Shown: one piece after another, positions 13,561 to 26,929 of the stretch | Layout: each line of letters starts with the position of its first letter | How positions within the stretch are numbered: position 1 is the stretch's first letter | DNA from: Hypanus sabinus | Lineage: Eukaryota | Assembly (NCBI RefSeq): GCF_030144855.1 | Contig: NC_082713.1 | Location: 140,616,001-140,680,000, forward strand | DNA length: 64,000 bases | Reading direction: 5' to 3' | The notes under the pieces: generated by a model | Databases searched by the model: none | Seen by the model: the letters and a program-made list of their open reading frames with translations, nothing else | What the model was told of the DNA's origin: nothing | Made by a program: the position numbers and the translations under genes

Positions 13561-15259
13561 GAGGGATGCAAAATTAAACTGGTAAGCACTTACAACCTCA
13601 GGGTCATTACTGAGAGCCGAATGTGTGTGCTTTACGCAAAAAAGTATTTGGTTCTCCTATTGGAGGGACGGGGTGTGTATCAGCTCCTCCTAGAGAGCAA
13701 TCTCATGATGGTTCTCTTTCAAAGGTACTTGATAAAGACAAGTATTTATGAGAAAGCCCCTCAGGTTGTATGGAAGTGTTGGATGCAATACTTAGCCTGC
13801 ATGACAACTTTTAAGAGAGGACTTTCTGAGAAGCTAAGAGCACATCTTTTCTAGCCTGAAAGTGTTATGCACTTATGTGACATTCATAATGCAGTAGGTG
13901 ATGGAATTTTTATTTTTACTTCCACTGAGACAAAAAAGCCATCCAAAGTACTCTAAAACTAATCCAGTCAGCACTCTGCTCATCGGCACTTGGGACAGAA
14001 AGCTCTTTTTCTCTTGGAGAAGAAACATCTGGAATAAATTAGCACCAGCTAAAAGGAATAGAGATGTCAATCAACAATGCACACTTTTGCCATCAGAGAA
14101 CAATCTGTTAACATGCGGGAGATAATTGGTTATATTGGTAAGGATGCAAAGGAAATGATCACACCAATGCAATCTGTCAAGCCTGCCACACCAGACAAAA
14201 AGCCCATTGAAGCCCAGGTCTTGGGAGAGTGATAGTGGGAATCACTTCCAGTGTTGGAATGGTGTTCAACAGGTTGATATACTCTTAGGAAAAACCTACC
14301 AGGATAGATCCTGATTCTGTCTACTTTCATTACATATAAATGCCAACTAAGTGCACTGCATACAAACTTTTAATAACCTTACAAGTATCCTATTTTCTTC
14401 ACTTTATTGAGTTCAGATTGAAAGTATTAAATTTATCTTTTCATTTCAATACTCTCAAGCTATATATTTCTCTTCCATGTTACAATGTTTTTCAGATACA
14501 GAGGGTCAAAACTGACTATATTCAATAAGTTAAGAAATGTAAAATCACTGTGATCATAATTTTGTTTTTATTCCATGCTTTAGAAGAAAATGGCCAAGTT
14601 TGCTTTGGTAAATGCTGAATGATAGTGAGTATGAACCCCAAAAAAAAATCAGTTTGTTGTTAGTAATGACTCTTAAATCTTTCTCCTGTTTCCCTTTGAC
14701 CTTTAACCGTTCCATGTTATAAATGAGGGATTTATTAGTTATAGCTATATGCGTAATTTTATACTTCTTTACACTGAAGAATATTTGTCCAAATTTAGTC
14801 AATTCCCTAATCTATTTAAATCCAAATACAACTTATTTCCACTCCCTATGTTCCAACTCAACATATAATATTTTTATATGGTTGAGTGACAGAAATAAAT
14901 ATTTCGAGAATTGTAAAATGAGCTGCTTCTTCACTACTACAAATTTAACACCATAACCCTAGATCAAAAGTTTTAGAGTTTTAGGAGGAATGATCTAGAA
15001 TCCTCACAAAATTTTTGTAGAGTTACAAAATTATAAACAATGATTCCTTCCAACTATTACACAGTTTAGGTTTAGTGGCTTTTAAGATTTTATCATTTTT
15101 TTGGCAACAGTAAAATGTAGAATTTGTAAGTTCTAAATTGGAGTGAAAATATTTGAAATACTTAGAAAAAAGTAAGTTTTTATCATTTATTTCAAATACA
15201 TTTTGCATTAGAATATAGAACACAGATCACAGAACATTATAACACAGTACAAGCCCTTC

Positions 15260-16067
15260 CTGTAATATTTCAAATAACTTATTATGTTCATTGAAAATAC
15301 GGAGGAAGAACTACAAAACTTAATTGATATGGTTGTTGAAGAAAGTGCAAAATGGGTCTAACTATCAAATGCAAAATGGGTCTATCTATCAATTGCAAAA
15401 AGACAGAATGTATGGTGATATTCAAGAAGAAGGAGAATCCTATCTTCAGGCTGAGAATAAACGAGGAAGACATAAAACAAGTACAGAACTTCTGCTACTT
15501 AGGAAGCTGGGTGACATCAGATGGCAGGTGTGACATGGACATCAAAAGAAGAATAGGCATGGCAAAAAAAACCTTTACGAGAATGAAGAGTGTACTGACC
15601 AACACTAAACTAGGCATGACAACCCGCCTCAGAGTACTGAAATGTTATGTTTACCCAGTTCTGTTACATGGCTCAGAATATTGGACAATATCTAGTAACA
15701 TGAGGAAATGAATTGAAGCAGCAGAGATGTGGTTTTCGAGGAGGATGCAAAGAATATCGTGGATGAAACGAATATCTAACTAGGATGTCATGAACAGAAC
15801 AAGCATAAAAAGAGAAATAATGTATGAGATCATGAAAAGGCAACGTGACTTCATTGGACAGGTGATTAGGAAAGAGGAGTTAGAATGCACAGTAACTATG
15901 GGAAAGATTGAAGGGAAGAAAGCAAGAGGAAAGCACAGACAAATGATAATGGGGACAGCAGCCAGAGAACTGGAAATGAATAACAATGAATTGATCCACT
16001 TGACCCAAAACAGGAGTGTATGGGCCATGACAGTCAAAGCTCAAACTGAGCATGGCACCTGATGATG
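15260..16067 (+). mobile_element. 5'-truncated RTE-clade LINE
   Basis: GLSINCKKTECMV...FCYLGS...DIKRRIGMAK; (TGA)n tail; 11-bp TSD ACAAGCCCTTC (15249-15259, 16068-16078). Confidence 0.85.
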
Positions 16068-16339
16068 ACAAGCCCTTCAGCCCAAGATGTTGTGTCAACT
16101 TTTTAACCTACTGTAAGATCGATGTAACCCTTTCCTCCTATATAACTCTCCAGTTTTCAATCATGTGCCTATCTAGAAGTTTCTTATAGGCCCCTAATGT
16201 ATCTGCATCTATCACACACCCACCACTCTCTTCTGTAAAGAACTTGCCTCTAACATTCCCCCTATACAGTACTTTCTTCCAATGAGCTTAAAATTATGCC
16301 CCCTTGTATTAGCCATTTCAACTCCGGAAAAAGTCACTG

Positions 16340-17639
16340 GCAACTAGTCTGACCTCAATGGTTGGGAAGATGTTGACATCAATTGTTATGGATGTGATTT
16401 TGGGGTACTTGGAGGCACATGGTAAAATAGGCTGTAGTCAGCAAGGTTTCCTTAAGGGAAAATCTTGTCTGACAAATCTGTTGGAATTCTTTGAAGAAAT
16501 AACAAGCAGGATAGACAAAGGAGAATCGGTGGATGTTGTGTACTTGGATTTTCAGAAGGCATTTGACAAGATGCCACACATGAGGCTGCTTAACAAGTTA
16601 TGAACCCATGGTATTACAGGAGAGATACAAGCATGGATAGAGCAGTGGCTGATTGGCAGGAAGCAAAGAGTGGGAATAAAGGGAGCCTTTTTTGGTTGAC
16701 TGCTGGTGATTAGTGGTGTTCTACAGGGGTCTGTTTTTGGACCACTTCTTCTTTTTATGCTATATGTCAATGATTTGGATGACTGAATTGACGTCTTTGT
16801 GGCCAAGTTTGTGGAAGATATGAAAATAGGTGGAGGGCAGGTTGGTTTGAGGAAGCAGAGAGACTACAGAATGACTTAGACAGATTAGGAGAATGGGCAA
16901 AGAAGTGGCAGATACTATACAGTGTCGGGAAGTGTATGGTCATGCACTGAGTCCTCGTGCAAGATTCCCTAAGGGTCAATTTGCAGGTTGAGTCAGTGTT
17001 GAGGAAGGCAAATGCAATGTTTGCATTCATTTTGAGTTGATTAGAATATAAAAGCAAGGATGTAATGTTGAGGCTTTATAAAACACTGTTGAGGCCTCTC
17101 TTGGAGTATTGTGAGCAGTTCTGGGTCCCTTATCTTAGAAGGGATGTGCTGACATTGGGGACAGTTCAAAGGAGGTTCACAAAAACAATTCCAGGATTGA
17201 AAGGCTTATCATAAGAGGAGCATTTGATGGCTCTGGGCCTGTACTCACTGGAATTCACAAGAATGAGGGGGATCTCATTGAAACCTATCAAACATTGAAA
17301 GGCCTTGATAGAGTAAATGTGGAGAGGGTGTTTCCTATGGTGGAAGAGTGTAAGGCCAGAAAACACAACCTTAGAATAGAGGTATGCCCATTTAGAACTG
17401 AGATAAGGAGGCATTTCTTTAGCCAGAGAGTGTTGAATCTGTGGAATTAGTCGCCACAGGTGGCTGTGGAGCCGAAGTCATTGGATATATTTTAAAGCAA
17501 AGATTGATAGATTTTTGATTAGTCAGGGAGAAGGCAGGAGATTGAGATGAGAGGGCAATAAGTCAGCCATGATGAAATGGCTGAGCAGAATCAATGGAGC
17601 AAATGGCCTAACTCTGCTCCTATAACTTATGGTCTTATG
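16340..17639 (+). mobile_element. CR1 LINE RT and 3' fragment
   Basis: QQGFLKGKSCLTNLLEFFEE...VDVVYLDFQKAFDK; tail cttatggtcttatg; nested in a minus-strand CR1 (15218-15259, 16079-16339, 17640-17850). Confidence 0.85.
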
Positions 17640-18886
17640 ATTCACTCTACCTATGCTTCTAATCAACTTGTACACCTCTATCAAGCCACCTCTTCCCTCC
17701 AAAGAGAAAATCCCAAGTTCACTCAACCTATCTTCATAAGACATGCCCTCTAGTCCAGGCAGCATCCTGGTAAATCCCTCTGCACCCTCTCTAAAGCTTC
17801 CATATCCTTCTAATGAGGTGGCCAGAACGGAACACAGGTTCCAAGCATTATGATAACATTTGCAGGAATGTTTCAACAGATTATATGTTTGTCTTGTTTA
17901 TTTCAGATTTCAACTCGTGTCTCATGGCAGATTCTATAATAGGGTAACAAAAGAATTTTTAAAAATTAGATAACATTCAAGATAGGCTGATCAGCATCTG
18001 AAAAATTATTTAGAGATTTAAAATATTTTGGATAATAAAATTAATCTGTGTACTTACCAATAATTTTTCATTGAGACTTTCCTTCTGGTCTTTGTACCTT
18101 TGGTAGATGAGAGATTGATAGCTAAAGGATTAAAGAGTGAGTGGGGTGACTATTGCAGGCTGAGCCACTAGATGAACTCTGGTTTTGCTGTAGAAGGCAC
18201 CACTGACTTTACAGATCTCAGCAAATGACATCTCTGATAAGGACCTGATCTTTCAGTTTTCTATTCAGTTTTACTTTAATTACTTTTATTTGAAAATTCT
18301 GAAAAAACTTGAATTCATGGATTTATAACCGCAAAACTCTTTTTCCTCTGTGATTGAACTCTGCCTTAAATTCCTAAAGATTTTCCTATCTCTCCCATAT
18401 GATCCTACTGTAATGCACTGACATTTGAAGGCACTTTCTCTGTTCAAAGTAGCTGCCATGTTCCCTACGTTATATGAGTGACTACAATGTAAAGTACTTA
18501 ATTGATTGCAAACCATTTTGGGAAATACCAAAAACACACTGGAAAATACCATGAGACACGTCTTTAATTCTTCTTTTGGGGAAAATTGTCATGTATGCTG
18601 TCCTCTGATAAAAATCATGAGTCTGCCCTCTGATTGTGTAATTAGAATGCTGATGAAATTAGGCCACAGTTTCAAAACTGAGGAGCAGAGCAAAAGACAG
18701 CCAAACTTTCTGTTTTAAAGTTAATCATGGGCAAAGTCACCCTCTAACATACTTTTATATTTGGCACTGCTTTTAGTAATCCCTTGAGTCAAGAATATTA
18801 TCTCCTGCTGATTGACTGCCTTCAAACATAGAACATAGGACAGTGCTACACAGTATTAGCCCTGATACCAACCTGTATAAATCTGC

Positions 18887-19281
18887 AGACAGACAGACAT
18901 ACCTTATTGATCCCGAGAGAAAATGGGTTTCATTACAGCCGCACCAAGAATAGTGAATATAGAAATATAAAACCATAAATAATTAAATAATAATAAGTTA
19001 ATCATGCCAAGTGGAAATAAGTCCAGGACCAGCCAATTAGCTCAGGGTGTCTGACACTCCAAGGGAGGAGTTGTAAAGTTTGATGGCCACAGGTAGGAAT
19101 GACTTCCTATGGCGCTCAGTGGTGCAATTCGGTGGAATGAGTCTCTGGCTGAATGTACTCCTGTGCCTAACCAGTACATTATGGAGTGGATGGGAGTTAT
19201 TTTCCAAGATGGCATGCAAATTGGACAGCATCCTCTTTTCAGACACCACCATCAGAGAGTCCAGTTCCACCCCCACAACAC
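18887..19281 (-). mobile_element. Rex/Babar-type LINE 3' end
   Basis: ILENNSHPLH...TERHRKSFLPVAIKLYN; (TCTG)n tail. Confidence 0.7.
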
Positions 19282-22200
19282 AGCATGATCAATAAAAGCC
19301 TTCCCTCTTACACAGCTACAACCCTCTATTTTTTTTCCATACATGTACTTATCTCAGTCTCTTAAATGTCCCTATCGTATTAGACTCCATCACATCCCTG
19401 GTATCAGTTGCCTGCTGGCAATGGGTACTTTCTCTTTCCTTTTTCAGGTTCATATTTACTTATCACATGTACATCAATGTATATTTCGATGTACATGTGA
19501 TGCACCATTTATGGTAACAACCAACACAATCTAGGGACTTTGCTGGGAAGAGTCAGCAAGTGTCACTACACATTCTGGTGGCAAAATAGCATGCCCAATG
19601 CTCAACAGAACAACACAGAACACAACAAGGAACAAATCAACAACAGCAAAACAAGCCCCTTTCCTTCCTCCCTCCCTCCCTCCCATAAACAGGAACAATT
19701 GTCCAACTCCAGTCTCTAGGCTGTTGGGCTTCGATTTCTGATCAAGCTTTGTGCTGTGATCCTCAGTATCGGTCCCTCGGCTAGCCAATACTGGGATCCA
19801 GAACTCCAGGCTCAGACGCTGGGTGCAAGACTGAATGCCTCCTACTTGCACAGTCTCTGGCCTTACTCTGTGAGCCTGGACTGCGGATGTCCTTCATCAC
19901 TAGACTACATCGCTGGACTTCCAATGCAGAACATGGAGCAGTCCTGACTTCTAACTCCTCCACATTTCTGTCCTTACATCCTAATTTGACTTCTAATTCC
20001 CCTCTCTGTCTTCAAAATAACCCCTACAAATTTTAAAAAAACAATTAAGTCTGAGCCATAATCTCGATGGAGTATGCAGCCAGATGTCATTTTGAAAACT
20101 TTAAATTTGAGGGCAAATTGTTCTTCCTGAATTAGTGCACAACCTGTTGAAGTATATGCTGCCATTAAGTCCAATTGATGGCTTGGTCCTCCTAGTCTGT
20201 GATGTCTACACCTGTTTTCTTGAGAACTTCTTGTGTATTTGTGTACTGTTTATTGTGTACACCATGCATAAATTTGGAATTTTGGTCATCTTTAGGGAGG
20301 ATGAGATTCTGACATTCATATGCAGGTGAGATAGTGCATGATGATAATGACTCCCTCAATGCTGGTGAATATTTACTTCAGCAATGATATTGCCATTAGT
20401 TTGGTAATCTTCTCACTTGATGCATAGCATCTACCAGTAGTCTTTGTGTCACATTTCATTTTTTTGACATTTGTCACTCAAATTTTGTATCCATGAATGA
20501 ACATAAGGATGACAACTGGATCTTGGTGTTGTGGCCTGTTCCTGTACTGTTCTATGTTCTAGCTCACCACTTTATACTGACAGTCTTCCTTCTACACATT
20601 TGGTCCTGATGCAACATTAACGTCGCTGTTAAAATTTGGCAATATAATAATTGCCCAGATAATTTATTCTAGTGAGGAATGGATTTTAGCCAGGGTGTTG
20701 TTTTAACTCCATTAAATGATACCATAAGATTTTTTCAACCTTAAGATTTTACCTATGCCCAAGCAATTTTTATTCAATAATAGAATAACCAGTCTTTCTG
20801 GTGGGTCTTCAACCTATCTGTTCAATGGTAACTTTACCTGGCATAGAATGCTTCACAACATATCCTTAGTTGCTCAAGTACGCTTGACAGTCATTGTATT
20901 AACAAAGATTAATAACAAAGACTTAATACTCTTCAACTAGCCTAAACGTTCCCAGAATCTCTCAAAATAACAATGATGTTGACTGGTCACCATAATGTGT
21001 ATACCAGTAACTCTTTTTAAGGAGATGTTGACTCCAATCTTTTCAGTGTCAAGCATGTTCAAAATCATGTGGATTTAATAGCAGATCAAATCTTAATCAA
21101 GTCTTAAATAGACATAACGTTTGTGCTGTTTCTCACCATAATTTAACTTGTTTACAAATTTATTGGATCACTGTGTTACAACAAAAGTAAGTAAACGAGT
21201 TATAGCAAATTGTCAATCTATACAGTTTGGATAACTCACCTGAAAATGGAAAAAAAAACTATCACGATTGAATGATCAAACTCCAAACAAGAGGGTACAG
21301 TATGTTTTATATGCCAGCTCACTGAAAAGCAAAATTACTGTACACACTTGTTGGACAACTTGTTTTAAGGGTTGAGCTTTCCATTAAACATATTCCAGGA
21401 AATTTGGTTCACTTGGTCAATTTGCCAGAAATCTTAGATTCAATTAAATAAAAGTTGAACTCTAACTTCTGAGAAAAATAAATATGACATACCAATACAG
21501 GATTTCCAGCACTCTGTTCTTAAAAAGTGAGTTAAGGTAAGCTCATACGTAAACAACTGAGAATCATATTTGTTGTTCTCCAAGAAGAGCAAATGCCTGC
21601 CCCTTGCCTTTTCTCTGTCTTTGTCCTTGCTTTGTCATAAAGCATCTTCATTGGACTGATTCCAAGATGGTGGCAGCAGCAGTCAACAACTGGACTTTCT
21701 ATATCTTCTTATTAAATACAAGGCCATTTCAACCACTGACTCTATGCTACTTCTCATTCAATCCAGTTCCCACAGTTACTTTTGTGTACCTTATTTTTAC
21801 CTCTATGCCCAACACCTCCCCAATTCTTCTACCTTCCACTTACACTGGATTAGAATAATCAATTAATCTACCAATCAGAACATCTTTGGGATTCAAGGTC
21901 AACAATTACTTGAGGTCATTGGGTAACACTGAAGAAGGATCAGCAGCTTTCTACCTCATTAGCTGTAGTTCATCAGGTTAACCCATGTGATTAAGTAACT
22001 AACATGCCATTAAGTAACTAACTAATGTTGACTGGGAAAATATAGAGCACATGAATGAATTCTGAATACTTCAGGAAAAAAGTGCATACAATCTGACACA
22101 CTGTACTTGTACCTGTTTAACTAACTAATCTCCTAGTATGATTTTTAGGATCTGTATCCTTTTATTCAAATCCTAGCAAAACTTACAACACACAACTCTC

Positions 22201-23390
22201 TCATTACACCTATCAATATTTTCATAGCCTCCATAAGCCTACAGCCATTTGCGAATTCTTTGTTCCTTCTTGGCCTCTTGAACATTCTCAGTTTCATTTA
22301 TCCTTGCTCCCACATTAGCATTAGGATGAACGGGCCTTGAGTTTTGGGAATTCCCTTGCTTTCTCTTTCTTAAAACTTAAATTTCAGCTAAGCTTTGGTC
22401 ACCAGTCACATTGGCTTCTTCTCTGTTTCTGCATTATTCATGTTTTGAAAACAGTCCTGTGACACATCTTGGAACATTGAAGCTTTACATAAAGGCATTG
22501 TGTTGTAACAGATTGAGAGGTGGCATTCAATGTTGATAGTGAATTGTAATTTCTGAGGACAAATTTTCATGCCCCTTGTACATGATTTTTCTCACTTTTC
22601 TACATCCATGGACATAGTGGCTCATATTCTTGTTCACTTGCAGCCTTTCTCATTACTTAATTATAATGGTCTTTGATTATTACTGCAAACTCAGTTTCTG
22701 ACCATTATGGAAAATAACCTAAAACATTCAGAACATAAGCAGATTTGGTGTCATATTTGGCATAGATCTCAGTTTCTGTTCACATATTTGTTCTATCATT
22801 AAACCTGATTCCACCGCCATGACATCACCCAGCTGTTACTGCTTTGGTCCATCTGCTTTTGTTTCTTTACACTTGCCTTTTACCTCTAACTTCATCCAAA
22901 GATGTTGTCATCCATAGCTTAACTGATTATATAATGTCAGTCATTTAACATGCCTGTCTTCTTAATCCAACCAACACTGATTTAATTTTAAATCCTTTTT
23001 GTTTTCAAGTGCTTCATGACCTTGCTGTCGTCATACTCCAATACATCCCAATGCTCTTCTAACCTTATAATGATTTTGTTTTGTCAGATTCTTTTGCCAT
23101 ACTTGCGAATCCAAATCTATCAGATTTTATGACCTGAGTGACCATTTAAATACAAGGGATGAAGTTTACTCATTCCAATTATCATTATGTGTGCTTATAC
23201 TAAAGTAGTCAGAAACTATTAGATGTACTTCATGAGATAAAAATCCATTGTCTGTCTTTACTTCCACTTTTCTCCATGCTCCACCCATGCTTGAACATCA
23301 GAAACTGAAAAGTAAACATATGATGCTCCTAAAAAGGCATTATATTTTTTGGAATGTCACACAATGTTCATAATAATTAGATTTATCTTG

Positions 23391-23482
23391 GCAACACACA
23401 CAAAATGCTGGAAGAACTCAGCAGGCCAGGCAGCATCTAGGAAGAGTACAGTTGATGCTTGGGGCCAAAACCCTTTGGCAGG
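23391..23482 (-). mobile_element. 92-bp Penelope-like terminal fragment
   Basis: Same terminal sequence as the other PLE copies; flanked by direct repeat TTTATCTTG. Confidence 0.7.
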
Positions 23483-25681
23483 TTTATCTTGATCAGCTCT
23501 AGATTACATTGCACAGGAGCTCTGAATTGAAGAGAGTACCCAATACGAAAGTGCAGAACTGAGAGAAAGTGGATTCTTCTTCTTCTTCTTCATCTTGTAA
23601 AATTTAATGGCGGTTGGCAGACCAACACAAGGTGCATTAATGTCACCTACTAAATTGGACTGTGGAGCAAAGAGACAGAAAATACACCCACTAAATTCTC
23701 CCCCACAAAAAACTTAAATAATTTCAAAAAATTTAATACTTTTCAGAAAAGTCAAATATGCACTAATATACATTACGATGGCAATGCTATCCTAACAAAT
23801 TTTCCATGCTAAGCTGTGTCTGCCCCAAAGGTCTCAATTTGGCAATTAGATTTGAACCTCATGGGACTGCAATCAAACAATATAAACTGGATCATTTATT
23901 GAAGTGTACTCCCTACAAATGCCCATAACGTGCATATAAATTCTGAACAAGGAATTACTCAACTTATTAAAGTGGATTCAAGAATGGCTGATGGATAAAT
24001 AATAGACTGTTAGGTTAGCAAACACTGGAAAGCAATTAAAGGGAATGGGAGAATTTGAGCTGTAATCTTCCAGACAAAAAGGTGTTCTAGACAGACCATG
24101 AAATACATCTTTGTTTATAAGTGCAAAACAAGTGCATTAACATTTTTATGCTATGCTCACCTCCACACGTGACTCTATTGACACTGCTGTCTGCAAGAAG
24201 TTTGTACATTCTCCCCATGACCACGTAACTTTCATCCAGGGGTTCCCAGCAGAATTGATACTAGGTTGGTGGTACTGTAAAGTGTTGTGTTAACAACTAC
24301 ACTACCATGCTATATGTATATGAGTATAACCTAAAGATGATAATTGAACTGGTTTTGCACTTATAAGCAAAGACATATTTGACAGTCTGTCCAGAACTTT
24401 TCATTCTTAAACTAAAGCTGTAATGCATCAACTACTGCCCTGAATAATTGCTGAAGCTCATAATGCAAAAATTCTGATTCGTAATGGTGCATTTTGGTAT
24501 TGTGGCAAGATACCAGAATGCACAAAATTACATGTAATTTTGGTGATTAAAACAAGCTCACAAGAAATACAGAAACAAAAGGCGATTAACCACATAAAAA
24601 GATACAGATGATGCATGCAGCCACATTCTTGTCTAATGGAGAAAGTGTGAGAAAATATTAAATTACCTGAACGCAATCACAAATACCACAGACAGTTTAC
24701 AAATAATTAAATGGATGACACTGATAGTCAATGGACAGTATTGTTTCTCATGTTTGATCTGAGATTGGAAATCACTATAGGAGCCATAGGTCCTATACTG
24801 GAACTAGAAAAGATAAGAAAATACTGTACTAATGGGTTGCAGACAAAATTTAAGAATTAACCAAAGATTATGGAGTTAGAAACAGAGGTTTGTGAACATA
24901 TCTAGTGAGAGTACAAAGAAAGGAATATGTTTATGTTATAACAGAAACAAGCATTTAAAAAATTACTGGTGAGATAAATGAAGGATTACTTCATGTGCCA
25001 GGGACACTTATCAGCTCTGACAAGAATCAGCAAAGCTTTTCAAGTTTATACAAGCAGTACTACTCCTTTGTAATGGAATATGCATGAATTATTGCCAATG
25101 TATTTAGCAAGGGAATTAAAGGGAAATTCTAGAAACTCTAACAGAATAACAAATAATTGAGTATTTCACATATGTTCATTCTCTTATTTGAAAATGCAGA
25201 TATGTTGCTTACATCTGCCTTGCTGTTGAGTTACGTAGGTTTTACACTTCTAAAATTTTCCACATTGCACCGCGACAGAAGAATTGCAGTGTATGCCAGA
25301 ATGGAAAGTATGCTGTCTCGCCACATGACACGAGGATTTTTTTAGTCCTTCATATATTGTAAAATTTCTCCATTTATTGTTATTCTACTAGGGAGCAGAC
25401 ATTTTAGGTACAATTATTTTTAACTACCAAAGTAGTTGAAATAAACAAAAATTATGTTTCTATTCAATTCTTAATCTCTTTTGTAAATACTTTAGAGAAA
25501 AGACGTAAAGCTAGAGACTAATTAGTTAATCTCAGTTGTAATCTGTTAACTGTAGATTTCATTATGAGACAGTTGGGCGGAGGCAGCTGTTTAGCATCAT
25601 CTGACTGCCAAATTACAGACCAGATCACTATTGTTCTTATACCATGGAAGATTTGATTTCCATAAGTTAAATTAAAATGTT

Positions 25682-25687
25682 TTTATT
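25682..25687 (-). terminator. Candidate RIBC2 polyadenylation signal AATAAA
   Basis: First AATAAA seen on the minus strand about 270 nt after the stop; a second one lies at about 25373. Confidence 0.45.
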
Positions 25688-25958
25688 TGAAGTATTAAAG
25701 GGTTCAAAACATCATTTGTAAAAGAACAAAATTACATTAGCCCTTCATTTTTTCAGTTATCTCTGGTTAATATAACAAATCATTCAAAGATAAAAATTGC
25801 TACCCTTCTGCTTTTTTAATTCTTCTACAGTCATTAAATATTTAACAAAACATTGTTTTCTTGACGATTTTTTCAATAGGAAAGTATGATTTATGTGAAA
25901 AAATCTACATAAATACTTCAAAAACGTAAGGGTGTAGCAGAAGTCAAACTTATCCATC

Positions 25959-26040
25959 TTAGCGGCTGGTTGTGTTGAACTGATCAAAGTATTTGGCAGT
26001 TGGAACATTCACATAGACCTCATTTTTGAGAAATCTCTCC
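25959..26040 (-). CDS. RIBC2: RIBC2 last coding exon (82 nt including stop)
   Basis: (R)ERFLKNEVYVNVPTAKYFDQFNTTSR* is the canonical RIB43A C-terminus (Y.N.PT..YF.QFNT.SR); acceptor ttgttttcag. Confidence 0.93.
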
Positions 26041-26929
26041 CTGAAAACAAAAATGTATTCATCATTTAATTTTATTTGTGAGCCAGTTGCCTATAATACA
26101 CATGCTTAGAAGTTCATTCCTCCCTGGAAGTATTGTGCACACCATGTAGTCTTTACAGGATTATTATACTCTGCTTCAGAAGTTAATTACATTTAAGCTA
26201 ATGGGCACCATAATTTCTGTTTCTGCTCAAATTGAGGGGAAAAAGCTGTGAAACTGTCCATAGCTTTGCAGTGCCACTTTCTTTTCAAAGGGGAAAATTA
26301 CAAACACTTGTACATAAATTTAATTTGTTTACTTTCAGATATATTAACAAAATCATTCTATCTTTTTCTTAACTATATTATGAATCCTCCCATATAGACT
26401 AGAAATAAGCCCCTATTAATGTCTGTGAGATAGTCCTCTTACTTGTCTTGACATACTGGATTAATCGGTACACAAAAATTAAGTCTTCAGTGTCCAAAAT
26501 GGGTTAGATGATAAGCCCATAAGACAAAGGAGTAGAAATAGGCCAAGTGGCCTATCCAGTCTGCTCCATCATTTGATCATGACTAATTTATTATACCTCT
26601 TAACCCCATTCTCCTGCCTTCTCCCTATAACTTTTAATGCCCTTACTAATCAAAAACCTATCAATCTGCACTTTAAATATACCCAATGACATGGACTCCA
26701 AAGACATCAGTGGCAATAAAGTCCACAGATACATATCCTCTGGCTAAAGAAGTTCCTCCTCATTTCTGTTTAAAAAGGACTTTCTTGTATTCCAAGGCTG
26801 TGCCCTCTGTCCCTCAGTAAATTATGAAATATCTTACAGATTTAGGGACATATATAAAAGTGCGCCAATTCACCAGTAAAATTAATTTTCCCTTGGTCTC
26901 TTTGGAAAAGCCTTAAGCTACAACAACAA

